From an uncultured bacterium (GTDB lineage Bacteria; Chlamydiota; Chlamydiia; Chlamydiales; SM23-39), in the NCBI GenBank assembly GCA_964631635.1, contig CAZVXG010000002.1, positions 1 through 24,355 on the forward strand: a stretch of 24,355 bases of DNA, in the 5' to 3' direction. Of this stretch, positions 13,542-22,857 are shown one piece after another. How positions within the stretch are numbered: position 1 is the first letter of the stretch; every line of letters begins with the position of its first letter. Under the pieces are notes generated by a model. The model saw nothing but the letters and a program-made list of their open reading frames with translations. It did no database searches and was not told where the DNA came from. Position numbers and translations under genes: made by a program.

Positions 13542-15305
13542 TTACTTGCAGTATCCATATTTTTGAAGCGTTTTGTAGGAGGTGCCGATGTCCGCAAACG
13601 TATATTTAGACTTACACTGACCCTGCTCTAATTTATCGGGATGACACTCGTGAGCAAGCCGCTTATAATTGCTCTTACAATTTGGATCGTTCGGTCCATT
13701 GAGTTCTAAAATTTCAGACGCTTTCTTCTCAATCTTTTGTTTATATTGATCCTGCTTGCAAATCGGCATCGCCCATTCATACGGCTCTTCGCAGTTGAGA
13801 TCGCCAGTCCAAATTGCTCCTGCTAGCCCATAGGCCGCTACCGCGGTGTTAAAAATATGGAGTCCGGCATTCCTGAGCGGACGGAGAGTTTCCAGGTGCC
13901 GGTTTTCCCAACAGGTTTGCAATCCTTGCATAGCGGCCTTACCGATGCAGTGGAGTTGCCGAGCTTTCCATAACACTTTTACTGCTGGGAATTCGGAATA
14001 CAGACTGCCCCAGAAGATTAGTGTGCCCAACGTTCCTACCACTTCTCTAAATTGCCACTGGCCAGGAACGTTCCAGACGGCTGGGGCGGCGTCTGCCAAT
14101 TGGCCCAGGGTATGCAATACCTTCTTCGCTGGATTTCCCTCAGCAAAGGCTTTAGCCGCTTCGTCCAGCCCCAGGGCGCTTCCATAAGCTACGGAATTAA
14201 AAATCGTAGACGCCTCTAATTTCAAAGGATCGCGTTGCTCAGATCCTTCTTTTGATACGTGCAGCAGAAGCGCAAATGGAATCGTTTTCATGGTCGCGAT
14301 CAAAGGGTCGGCCCCTTTCTGGACCAATAGGCGCGCGACATCGAGATTTTCCGCAAAGATCGCGCAATGGAGCGGGGTTTTCCCTTGCGCATCAGTCCCA
14401 TTCACATTCACATCGAATTCTGGCCTGTCGAGAAGCCATTTGATAACACCTGTATGCCCCTTCATTGCAGCCAAATGGAGAGGGCTTTTCCCGTCGGCTG
14501 TGAAGGAATCGACCTTTGCTCCCCTCTTTAAAAGTTGTTCGATCGCCGCAGTCTGCCCCCCTAAGGCTGCAAAGTGAAGCGGAGTCAGCCCCTCAGAACC
14601 TGAAGGGGCATTGATGTCAGCTCCCTCCTTCGCAAGGGCGTCATTCAATCTCCTCAGTTCTCCGAGATAGGCTGCCTGGCATAAAGGAGGGAGTTTCGAG
14701 ACAGGAATGAAACGGTAACGTTGTTTTTCTGCCTGCATCTGTTGCAGATCTGTAGGTTGTACTGAACATAAAAGCGCGCTTTCCGGGATATCCCGTTTTC
14801 CGATTGCGGCTCCGAGGACAAGCGCGATCATTTTTGGATCTTTTGTGAGCATGGCATGGTCGAGAAGAGTCAATTTCTGACGGTCCCGGATTGAGGTGTC
14901 GATGGAAAACTCTTTCACTATTCGTTCCACGGTCGCGTGGCTTCCGCAGCGGATCGCGTAGGCGAGCGGCAGATGGCCATTCGGGAGCTGACGGCCAATT
15001 AAATCTTTCATTCTTAATATATTGAATACTAAATCCGCATCGTCTTTACGCAGGGCGTTCTGCAGCTCCGTTGGGGCGACTTTTACAAAAACTCTAGCGA
15101 CCCGGTCCGCTAAACTTTGGAGCGGTTCGCCGAGATCGTTACCAGCCTTTTGATCGACCAGGTCGAGGTAGGACGCGGCATAGGGAGAGAAGCCGCGCTT
15201 CAATGTATTTCCCCGTTCGTATTCCGAAACCGCTTGCTCGATCATACGCGCTTGATCGGAATACATGGAAAGCGCAGCGTTTGGGATAGAAACGGCGTTA
15301 TTCAT
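13542..15305 (-). CDS. Ankyrin-repeat protein with hydrophobic segments and a C-terminal DnaJ-type J-domain (candidate effector)
   Basis: ANK repeats (GLTPLHFAA, GKSPLHLAA, GKTPLHCAI and others). The C-terminus ASEILEL...NYKRLAHECHPDK...FADIGTSYKTL follows J-domain helices I-III with HPD. ATG 15305 has an AGGA SD (alternative start 15329). Confidence 0.85.
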   Translation of the reverse strand: MNNAVSIPNAALSMYSDQARMIEQAVSEYERGNTLKRGFSPYAASYLDLVDQKAGNDLGEPLQSLADRVARVFVKVAPTELQNALRKDDADLVFNILRMKDLIGRQLPNGHLPLAYAIRCGSHATVERIVKEFSIDTSIRDRQKLTLLDHAMLTKDPKMIALVLGAAIGKRDIPESALLCSVQPTDLQQMQAEKQRYRFIPVSKLPPLCQAAYLGELRRLNDALAKEGADINAPSGSEGLTPLHFAALGGQTAAIEQLLKRGAKVDSFTADGKSPLHLAAMKGHTGVIKWLLDRPEFDVNVNGTDAQGKTPLHCAIFAENLDVARLLVQKGADPLIATMKTIPFALLLHVSKEGSEQRDPLKLEASTIFNSVAYGSALGLDEAAKAFAEGNPAKKVLHTLGQLADAAPAVWNVPGQWQFREVVGTLGTLIFWGSLYSEFPAVKVLWKARQLHCIGKAAMQGLQTCWENRHLETLRPLRNAGLHIFNTAVAAYGLAGAIWTGDLNCEEPYEWAMPICKQDQYKQKIEKKASEILELNGPNDPNCKSNYKRLAHECHPDKLEQGQCKSKYTFADIGTSYKTLQKYGYCK

Positions 15306-15381
15306 AATTTTCCTGTTTATCTGTGTCATTATATCAGGAATAGGTATTTATTATCATTAAAATTTATGAATGTAAATTAAA

Positions 15382-17067
15382 TTATTTAGTTAGGTCGGCG
15401 GCTTTTAGAAGGGCCTCATCGATATGGGGGAAAATATGCTCTTCGCCGATGAGGTCGGTCAATCCGAATCCTTTGAGATCTTTTCGGGTCTGTTCCTGGA
15501 TGCCGGAAAGGAGAAGGACAGTGTTTCCCTTGCGGCAATTGTGGTAAAATTTCTTGAGGGCGTGCATTCCCGACGCATCGACTATTGGGACATGGCGCAT
15601 CCGCAAAATGAAGACTTTCGGAGGGGTTCTGAAAAGCTGGCACAGATCCTTGAGCAAGTCGGCCGCGCCGAAAAAAAAGGGTCCCTGGATCTCATAGACT
15701 TCCACTCCATCCGGAACGGCTCTTTTAGAAATGGCGTCGGGGTCGGTCCGCTCGGGAAATTCGCTCCCCCGTTCGCGAAACCCTTGCGTAAGGGCCGCGA
15801 TGCGGGAATAGTCGCTCATCCGTTTCATGAAGACGAACAATGCGATGACCATTCCGAGCGAGATCGCGACGGTGATATCGACAAAAACGGTCAATAGGAA
15901 AGCGACGGCGAGGATGGCCCTATCGCCCGCTGGAGCCTTGAAGAGCTGCAGGAAGTGGGTCATTTCGCTCATGTTCCAGGCAACCATCATCAAAACGGCC
16001 GCGAGAGCTCCAAGCGGGATTTGGCTGACGACCGGAGAGAGGAACGCGATGATGGCCAATAGGGTCATCGCATGAATCATGCCGGCAAGAGGGGTCTGCC
16101 CGCCGGTTTTGACATTCGCGGCGGTACGGGCGATCGCACCCGTTGCCGGAATGCCGCCGAACAGGATGGATCCGAAATTGGCAATCCCCTGCCCGACCAG
16201 TTCGCAATTGGATTTATGGCGCCCTCCGATCATTCCGTCGGCGATCACGCAGCAGAGAAGCGATTCGATCGCTCCGAGAAAGGCGATCGCGAACCCATTC
16301 ATGAGAATCTCGCCGAATTTTCCCTCCGGAATAGCCAGGCTTGGAAAATGGGGAACGGGAAGATGATGGGGAAGAGAGCCGAATTTCGAGTGGATCGTCT
16401 CCACGGGAAGTTGAAGGGCCCAGCAAACAAGGGTCGATAGAGCGATTGCCAAAATGCCCCAGGGGATGCGCGGAATAAATCGGCGGATCAAAAGGATCGC
16501 CGCCAAGGTGGTCCCGCTAACGGTTAGGGTGAGTGGATCGAAGCTCGGGAACGCTTGAAAATAGGCTGCCCATTTATCTACGAAATCGGCAGGAGGGGCT
16601 CCCATTTGAAGTCCGAAAAAATCTTTGATCTGCGATGAGAAGACCACGATGGCAATGCCAGTGGTAACCCCAACGATCAAGGGATGCGGTACGTATTTGA
16701 TCCAGGACCCGAGGCGGAAAATCCCAAGGAGCAAAAGGATGGCTGCGGCAATTAGAGTAGAGACCGCCAGGCCTTCGTATCCGGTCCGCTGGATAATTCC
16801 GTAAATGACGACGACGAAAGCTCCCGTAGGGCCGCCGATCTGGACGCGGCTGCCTCCGAGAGCGGAGATCAAAAAGCCCGCGACGATGGCCGTAAACAGC
16901 CCCCTGTCTGGAGTCACTCCCGCTGCGATCGCGAATGCCATAGCCAAAGGAAGGGAAAGGATCCCCACCGTGATGCCGGCTAGCAAATCTTTTTTAAAAA
17001 TATCGCGCGTATAATGCGAGCGAAGATAGAGGTAAGACTTGGGAACAAACTCATGCCAGGCTTGCAT
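15382..17067 (-). CDS. SulP/SLC26 family anion transporter with C-terminal STAS domain (YchM/DauA-like)
   Basis: DLLAGITVGILSLPLAMAFA, GGSRVQIGGPTGAF, TGAIARTAAN and STAS GPFFFGAA...VPIVDASG. Alternative TTG start at 17112. Confidence 0.92.
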   Translation of the reverse strand: MQAWHEFVPKSYLYLRSHYTRDIFKKDLLAGITVGILSLPLAMAFAIAAGVTPDRGLFTAIVAGFLISALGGSRVQIGGPTGAFVVVIYGIIQRTGYEGLAVSTLIAAAILLLLGIFRLGSWIKYVPHPLIVGVTTGIAIVVFSSQIKDFFGLQMGAPPADFVDKWAAYFQAFPSFDPLTLTVSGTTLAAILLIRRFIPRIPWGILAIALSTLVCWALQLPVETIHSKFGSLPHHLPVPHFPSLAIPEGKFGEILMNGFAIAFLGAIESLLCCVIADGMIGGRHKSNCELVGQGIANFGSILFGGIPATGAIARTAANVKTGGQTPLAGMIHAMTLLAIIAFLSPVVSQIPLGALAAVLMMVAWNMSEMTHFLQLFKAPAGDRAILAVAFLLTVFVDITVAISLGMVIALFVFMKRMSDYSRIAALTQGFRERGSEFPERTDPDAISKRAVPDGVEVYEIQGPFFFGAADLLKDLCQLFRTPPKVFILRMRHVPIVDASGMHALKKFYHNCRKGNTVLLLSGIQEQTRKDLKGFGLTDLIGEEHIFPHIDEALLKAADLTK

Positions 17068-17182
17068 AGTTGGAATGGGAAAAACCAAGGCGATCTTACC
17101 AGAATGGGCCAATAGGCGCTATCCAAATTCAAAGCATTTGACCGATCGTGGTATGCGGTAGATATCTGAAGAAGAAATTATT

Positions 17183-19147
17183 TTAATTGGCACTCAACTC
17201 GCCGTGTTTGATCATGTAGTTGATGAGCCCCCCTGCGAGGAGAACATCCCGCTCATGCCGGGTCAAGGGACACTTCATGACGATTGCTTTATTCTTTGTC
17301 TGGTTGAAGACAGTGAGATCGGATCCCTTCTTGATGGCTTCATGGATCTCTTTGATGACCAAGACATCGTCCTTGTCGATCCCTTTCCAATCGTTTTCAT
17401 TGCTGAAAATCAGGGGCAAAAGGCCAAAATTGACTAGGTTGCTCCGATGGATGCGCGCATAGCTTTTCGCAAGGACCGCTTTGATGCCGAGAAAACTGGG
17501 AGAGAGAGCTGCATGTTCGCGGCTCGATCCTTGTCCATAATTCGATCCGGCGACGATGAATGAACCGCTCTTTTGGGTTTGCATAGCCCGTTTGTAAAAG
17601 GTTTCATCGACTTGAGAGAACGTAAATTTACTAATTTCGGGAATATTGCTTCGGAACGGGAGGACTTTCGATCCGGCCGGCGAGATTTCATCGGTCGAAA
17701 TGTTATTCTCCAATTTTAGAAGGACTGGTCCCTGGAGATGGTTTGCAATAGGGTCGAATTTCGGCAAAGGTTGGATATTCGGTCCGCGGATCACTTTGAC
17801 GCCAGCGCCATCTTTTGGAGGGGGATGGACCATCTGCTTGTCAATGATGATTTTTGTCGATTCCCTATAGAGTGGATAGGCGATTTTCAGTTTTTTCTCG
17901 AGATCCCGCGGATCGGCGATACTTCCGAAGATCGCTGCCGCAACAGCAGTTTCGGGACTGCAGAGATAGACTTTGTCTTCTTTCGTTCCCGATCGGCCGG
18001 GGAAATTCCTGGGAACGGTTCGAAGCGAAATTTTATCGGTTGCGGGGGCTTGCCCCATTCCGATGCAGCCATTGCATCCAGCCTGATGGATCCTGGCGCC
18101 TGCCTGAATCAGATGGAGCAGATAGCCCATTTCGGTCAGGTTTTCGAGGATTTGCCTGGAGGAGGGGTTGATGTCGAGGGAAACCCTTGGATGGATGTTC
18201 CGTTTTTTCAAAACAAGCGCAGGGATGGCAAAATCGCGCATGCCTGGATTCGCCGAGGATCCGATCATCACCTGGAAGACTTCGCGTCCCGCCACTTCGC
18301 GCACCGGAACTACATTGCCAGGACTGCTGGGGCAGGCGATCAGCGGTTCGAGCTTCGATAGGTCGATCGCGTCATGAAGATCGTAAATGGCTTTTGGATC
18401 TGCATCGAGCGGCTGCCAATCCTTTTCTCTTTGTTGCTGTTTCAGAAAAGCGCGCGTTTGCCGGTCGGAAGGGAAAACCGAGGTCGTCGCACCCAGTTCG
18501 GCCCCCATGTTCGCGATGACGTGCCGATCCATAGCGGTCAGCTGGTCCAGGCCGGGTCCATAATATTCGATGATTTTTCCCACTCCCCCATCGACATTAT
18601 GGCGGCGCAGCATTTCGAGGATCACATCCTTGGCGCTGACCCAGCGCGGCAGCTTGCCCGTCAATTTCACGCCGAGAACTTTTGGCATTTTGACATAAAA
18701 CGGTGCGCCGATGGCAGCAAGAGCGACTTCCAATCCTCCGGAACCGATCGCCAGCATCCCCATCGATCCGGCGGCGCAGGTGTGGCTGTCCGATCCGAGA
18801 AGGAATTTGCCCGGTTTCCCAAACCGTTCCATATGGACGGGATGGCTGACCCCGTTGCCAGCTGGGCTGAACCAGATTCCATATTTAGCGGCCGAAGTTT
18901 GGAGGAAGATGTGGTCGTCGGCGTTTTTGAAATCGTTCTGGACGAGATTATGGTCGACGTACTGGGCCGAAATCTCTGTTTTCACCCGTTTCACTCCCAT
19001 GGCGTCGAGTTCCAGCATGACCATGGTTCCCGTCGCATCCTGGGTCAAGGTCTGGTCGACCTTGAGTCCGATCTCTTCGCCTGGAGTCATCTTCCCGGTC
19101 AGTAAATGGCTCGCGATTAGTTTTTGCGCGACGTTTTTTGCACTCAT
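17183..19147 (-). CDS. acnA: Aconitate hydratase, short Aquifex-type family (654 aa)
   Basis: TLTQDATG, YVDHN, GSDSHT, NMGAE, GCNGCIG, RNFPGR and the swivel-domain YGQGSSREHAA. The canonical GSCTN reads GSSAN. Confidence 0.85.
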   Translation of the reverse strand: MSAKNVAQKLIASHLLTGKMTPGEEIGLKVDQTLTQDATGTMVMLELDAMGVKRVKTEISAQYVDHNLVQNDFKNADDHIFLQTSAAKYGIWFSPAGNGVSHPVHMERFGKPGKFLLGSDSHTCAAGSMGMLAIGSGGLEVALAAIGAPFYVKMPKVLGVKLTGKLPRWVSAKDVILEMLRRHNVDGGVGKIIEYYGPGLDQLTAMDRHVIANMGAELGATTSVFPSDRQTRAFLKQQQREKDWQPLDADPKAIYDLHDAIDLSKLEPLIACPSSPGNVVPVREVAGREVFQVMIGSSANPGMRDFAIPALVLKKRNIHPRVSLDINPSSRQILENLTEMGYLLHLIQAGARIHQAGCNGCIGMGQAPATDKISLRTVPRNFPGRSGTKEDKVYLCSPETAVAAAIFGSIADPRDLEKKLKIAYPLYRESTKIIIDKQMVHPPPKDGAGVKVIRGPNIQPLPKFDPIANHLQGPVLLKLENNISTDEISPAGSKVLPFRSNIPEISKFTFSQVDETFYKRAMQTQKSGSFIVAGSNYGQGSSREHAALSPSFLGIKAVLAKSYARIHRSNLVNFGLLPLIFSNENDWKGIDKDDVLVIKEIHEAIKKGSDLTVFNQTKNKAIVMKCPLTRHERDVLLAGGLINYMIKHGELSAN

Positions 19148-19239
19148 ATCTTCGTTCCTTATTTCTCAACTAATGCGCATTTCTAAATCTTATTTTTGAT
19201 CAATGGTATCATTCGAGTCATAAACGAATGGCCAAAAAA

Positions 19240-20649
19240 TTACCAGAGGCCGAGGACTTTCCACCAAAGACCGCCGAACACCATCCAGATCAGAATATTG
19301 AGCAGCCCGACGATCGCGCCGATTTTCCACCATTGGCCGACAGGTACGAATCCGGTTCCAAACAGGATCGGGGCCGGGCCTGATGCGTAATGAGTCAAGC
19401 CGCCGAAAAGGCTGCTGAAAAAACCGAGCACCAGAGCTGCGAGTTCCGGAGGCGTGCCGAGGGAAATCGCGACGATGAGGAAGGGTACGTACATAGCGCT
19501 GATATGCCCGACGTTGCTGGCGAAAAGATAATGGGAATAGAAATAGATCAATCCAATGATGGCGAAACCCGCCACCCATTCAAAACCGGCGACGTGGCCG
19601 ACGACCCATTGGCTAAACCAGGAGGTAAATCCATACTTGTTCAAGAATCCAGGCATAGTGATGAGCGTTGCAAACCAAATGAAAGTATCCCAGGCGCAGC
19701 ACTCTTCGAGGACATCTTTCCAGCGGATGACGCCGGTCAAGAGGAGGATGCCGAGTCCTGCCATTGCCGCGACCGTGGCTTTCAATCCGAGAGCGTCCCC
19801 TGCAATCCAGAGGACGATCAACAGGATGAACGTGCCGAGCATGATCCATTCCTGTTGTGTCATCGGTCCCAGCGCAGCGAGTTTTTTGCTCGCCATTTCC
19901 CGGGCATGAGGCGTCTGTCGGATGGTCGGCGAAACGAGGCGGTAAATGACATAGGGAACCAGGCTCAAACTGATCAGGCCAGGAACGATCGCCGCGGCTG
20001 CCCATCTGACCCATGTAAGGTGAACTCCATTGCTGGATGCGAATTCGGCAATGAGCGGGTTACCGGCCATCGAAGTTAGGAACATCGCGCTTGTGATCGC
20101 AGTGCCCTGAAAAGCGGCGAGCGTAAGAAATGCGCCCATTCTCGGATCGTGAGACATCCCCGTGAAGATCTCGGTAAGGGATTTCAGCAATGGAAAGATC
20201 ACTCCCCCGCCGCGCGCGGTCAGGCTGGGGATAAGCGGAGCGATGACGAGATCGGTTGCGACAAGGCCATAGCCAAGTCCCAGGCTATTTTTTCCGATCA
20301 GGTGCATGATCCGATAAGCGATCCTGTTGCCGAGCCCGGACGCTATGAATCCTCGCGCAATGAAAAAAGCGAAGACGACGAGCCAGACGATTTCGTTGCT
20401 GAAACCGCTGAACGCATCGGCAAAGGAAAGGGTTCGAGTGAGGACGGATGCGGTGAGTCCCAAAATGGCGACGACTCCCATCGGGAACGGCTTCAAGATG
20501 ACGCCGATGATGGTGGCGGCAAAAATCGCGAATAACCTCCAGGCTTCAGGCTTTACGCCTTTTGGCTCGGGAACGAACCAAAGGATCAGTCCGACCGCTA
20601 CTGCAATGGCGAGGAAAACCGCATTCTTTTTTGGCATCGCCTCGAGCAT
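19240..20649 (-). CDS. DASS family di-/tricarboxylate transporter (CitT/YbhI/2-oxoglutarate-malate translocator type)
   Basis: PSLTARGGG, TSAMFLTSMAGNP, HYLFASNVGH and LTHYASGPAPI motifs; ~12-13 hydrophobic segments. Confidence 0.92.
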   Translation of the reverse strand: MLEAMPKKNAVFLAIAVAVGLILWFVPEPKGVKPEAWRLFAIFAATIIGVILKPFPMGVVAILGLTASVLTRTLSFADAFSGFSNEIVWLVVFAFFIARGFIASGLGNRIAYRIMHLIGKNSLGLGYGLVATDLVIAPLIPSLTARGGGVIFPLLKSLTEIFTGMSHDPRMGAFLTLAAFQGTAITSAMFLTSMAGNPLIAEFASSNGVHLTWVRWAAAAIVPGLISLSLVPYVIYRLVSPTIRQTPHAREMASKKLAALGPMTQQEWIMLGTFILLIVLWIAGDALGLKATVAAMAGLGILLLTGVIRWKDVLEECCAWDTFIWFATLITMPGFLNKYGFTSWFSQWVVGHVAGFEWVAGFAIIGLIYFYSHYLFASNVGHISAMYVPFLIVAISLGTPPELAALVLGFFSSLFGGLTHYASGPAPILFGTGFVPVGQWWKIGAIVGLLNILIWMVFGGLWWKVLGLW

Positions 20650-20735
20650 AATCGATCCAGATATTTTTTGATATCCTCCGAGATCGATTCTGGTCCGACC
20701 TCAGCCTCGTCGTCCGCCGATGCGGGTCCTACCGT

Positions 20736-21299
20736 TCAGCGCACGGAGCTGGCATAATAAAAGAGCAGCGCCGCTACGATGATCAGCGCCGACAACGCGA
20801 TGCGCCACTGCCCAATGGGCGCATGGGACACTGTGATATGGTCGTCCCGATCCCAACTCGTCCATTGCAGGGTTTTTAAACGGTAATAAGCGAAAGACAT
20901 GCAAATGCAATTCACGATTGGGATCATCATTCCGAGACCGCGGAACCAGACGTTGAAGCTCCTCCGCAAAGCGGTCGCAAAATCGAGTTTTAACCGCCTC
21001 CCCTGCCGGAGTTTCATTTTCAGGAAGAACTTTCCAGGGGTGGTTCCCCAAACCCAAAGAAGAAGCGCCTCGACCGGGATCCATGCGAAGAACTCAAGCG
21101 GCACCATCGATTCATATTTCCCTAAAGAGAACCCCCCGTGCAGCAGCTTCCTCAGCCCCCAAAGAACGAGAAGGAACAGGGCATAATCGAAAAACCGGGC
21201 AAGGAATCGGATCCAGGGATTCGGATGGAAGCTATATTCTCTCACCGTGCCCGACGGACCGATGAGGATCTCGGATGGATCGATGACCTTCATAGACAT
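20736..21299 (-). CDS. RDD family membrane protein
   Basis: WIRFLARFFD (R...D), GTTPGKFFLK and C-terminal WDRDD signature. Confidence 0.85.
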   Translation of the reverse strand: MSMKVIDPSEILIGPSGTVREYSFHPNPWIRFLARFFDYALFLLVLWGLRKLLHGGFSLGKYESMVPLEFFAWIPVEALLLWVWGTTPGKFFLKMKLRQGRRLKLDFATALRRSFNVWFRGLGMMIPIVNCICMSFAYYRLKTLQWTSWDRDDHITVSHAPIGQWRIALSALIIVAALLFYYASSVR

Positions 21300-21319
21300 C
21301 AATGTAAACGAAAAGAAGC

Positions 21320-22228
21320 TTATCTGGAAGAGGCGCGCAGGAGGCGATTAAAAAGGGCTGCGTCGGCCTGGACCGAAGGGGCGCAATCGATTTCGATCTC
21401 GGCAACCCCCAGCCGATCGGCTTCCCGAAGCGCAGCGTAAAGCGTGTGGGCGCTCAAAAGGCGCTCCCCTGGTTGCGGATCGGAGGATAGGACGAAAGAT
21501 CCCTTGACCTCGCTCCGATTGAAGAGCAGCCGCACCCGCGCTTTCGGAGCATAATGGCGGTATTTCATTCCAGGTGCGAGAATCGGTTCGCCAGGCGATG
21601 GAAGAGCGACTGCTTCCCCTAAAACGGCCTCGATGTCCTCTTTGGTGATCGCGCCGGGCCTAAGCAAGACCGGCTTTGGATGCACCAAACTGAGTACGGT
21701 AGATTCGATCCCGATCCGGCACGGCCCCCCGTCCAGAATCAGCTCCACCTTTCCATCGAGATCTTCCAAAGCGTCCAAAGCCCGCGTCGGGCTTGGGCGC
21801 CCCGAGAGATTGGCAGACGGGGCAACCAGAGGCTGGCCCACTCGCTTGATCAATCGCAAAGCCCCTTCGCAATCGGGCATCCGAATCGCAATCGTCGGAT
21901 GGCCGGCAGAAACAATCGGAGGCACGGTTTCCTTCCGTTTTAAAATCATGGCCAGAGGTCCCGGCCAAAATCGCCTGGCCAGCTGAAAAAAGGCCGGCGG
22001 CGGCGCCTCGCATAATTGCGGAACATCCTCGATGGCGGAGATGTGGACGATCAAAGGATTATCGATTGGCCGGTCCTTGATCAAAAAAATTTTTAAGACT
22101 GCTTCAGGCAAGAATACAGGAGCCCCAAGGCCATAGACTGTTTCCGTTGGAAATACAACAGGCATCCCCATTTTTAGCAAATCGGCTGCCCGATCGATTT
22201 CTGAGAGAGTTGCGATGCAAGTCTTCAT
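21320..22228 (-). CDS. sua5: L-threonylcarbamoyladenylate synthase, Sua5 type (TsaC domain plus SUA5 domain)
   Basis: PTETVYGLG, KDRPIDNPLIVH, WPGPL, APSANLSG, GIESTV and PGMKYRHYAP. Start moved to ATG 22228. Confidence 0.93.
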   Translation of the reverse strand: MKTCIATLSEIDRAADLLKMGMPVVFPTETVYGLGAPVFLPEAVLKIFLIKDRPIDNPLIVHISAIEDVPQLCEAPPPAFFQLARRFWPGPLAMILKRKETVPPIVSAGHPTIAIRMPDCEGALRLIKRVGQPLVAPSANLSGRPSPTRALDALEDLDGKVELILDGGPCRIGIESTVLSLVHPKPVLLRPGAITKEDIEAVLGEAVALPSPGEPILAPGMKYRHYAPKARVRLLFNRSEVKGSFVLSSDPQPGERLLSAHTLYAALREADRLGVAEIEIDCAPSVQADAALFNRLLRASSR

Positions 22229-22304
22229 GGAGAAACAGCATAGTGAAGAGAGGCAATTTTTCCAATTCTTCAAAAAAATCTGCGAATCAGGTACAAAAGT
22301 TCAT

Positions 22305-22850
22305 ATGATGATCGAGTACTCGCAGCACAAGCCGCTTTCCTTGAGTCGATGGATCAAGCCAAGTCATAGAACCTTTCCCGAACAAGCGATCGGCTTGGCC
22401 ATTTTCCTCATCATCAGTCTGGCTTTCGAGCTGTTGAGCAGATGGTTGATCCAGGTCTCTTGGCAAACCGATTGGGCCCTTCAGATTTTTTCCACTCACT
22501 CGGCTCTAACAATGGCCGTCTACCATCCTTTTTGGATTGTGTACCATATTTTGGCTGCCTGTGCGATCTGGAACCTGTGGCGCCGCAACTCTTTGAGAAT
22601 TCTGAAATTGGAACTTTCGTTATTCCTCTTTCAATTTTTCTTGAGCGTGGCTTGGTCGCTCAGCTTTTTTATCCTCCAGGAAGTATTGCTTGCCATGGCA
22701 GCGCTCCTATTCCTTTGCAGCAATACGATCCTCGCCGCGCCGATCTATTGGAAATAAGAGCGGATTTCCGGACAGGTTTTGATTCCCTCATTTCTCTGGA
22801 TATTTTATGTAATGTGGGTCAATATGTTCATTTGTATTTCCAACCCATAA
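22305..22850 (+). pseudogene. TspO/MBR-like membrane protein interrupted by an in-frame TAA at 22755-22757
   Basis: TspO-like pattern PFWIVY...AIWNLW...LFLFQFFLSVAWSLSFF. The same frame continues past the stop as ERISGQVLIPSFLWIFYVMWVNMFICISNP* (stop 22848-22850), resembling the TspO last helix (LLxPYxxW...LN). Confidence 0.65.
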
Positions 22851-22857
22851 ATCGACT

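Noticed and set aside
15424-20535. Long plus-strand ORFs opposite SulP, aconitase and DASS (e.g. 15424-15897, 17738-18361, 18374-19105, 19390-20079)
   Set aside because: Mirror frames of conserved genes with no independent evidence.
22755-22757. Stop-codon reassignment (alternative genetic code)
   Set aside because: TAA, TAG and TGA all terminate conserved genes at expected positions in this window.
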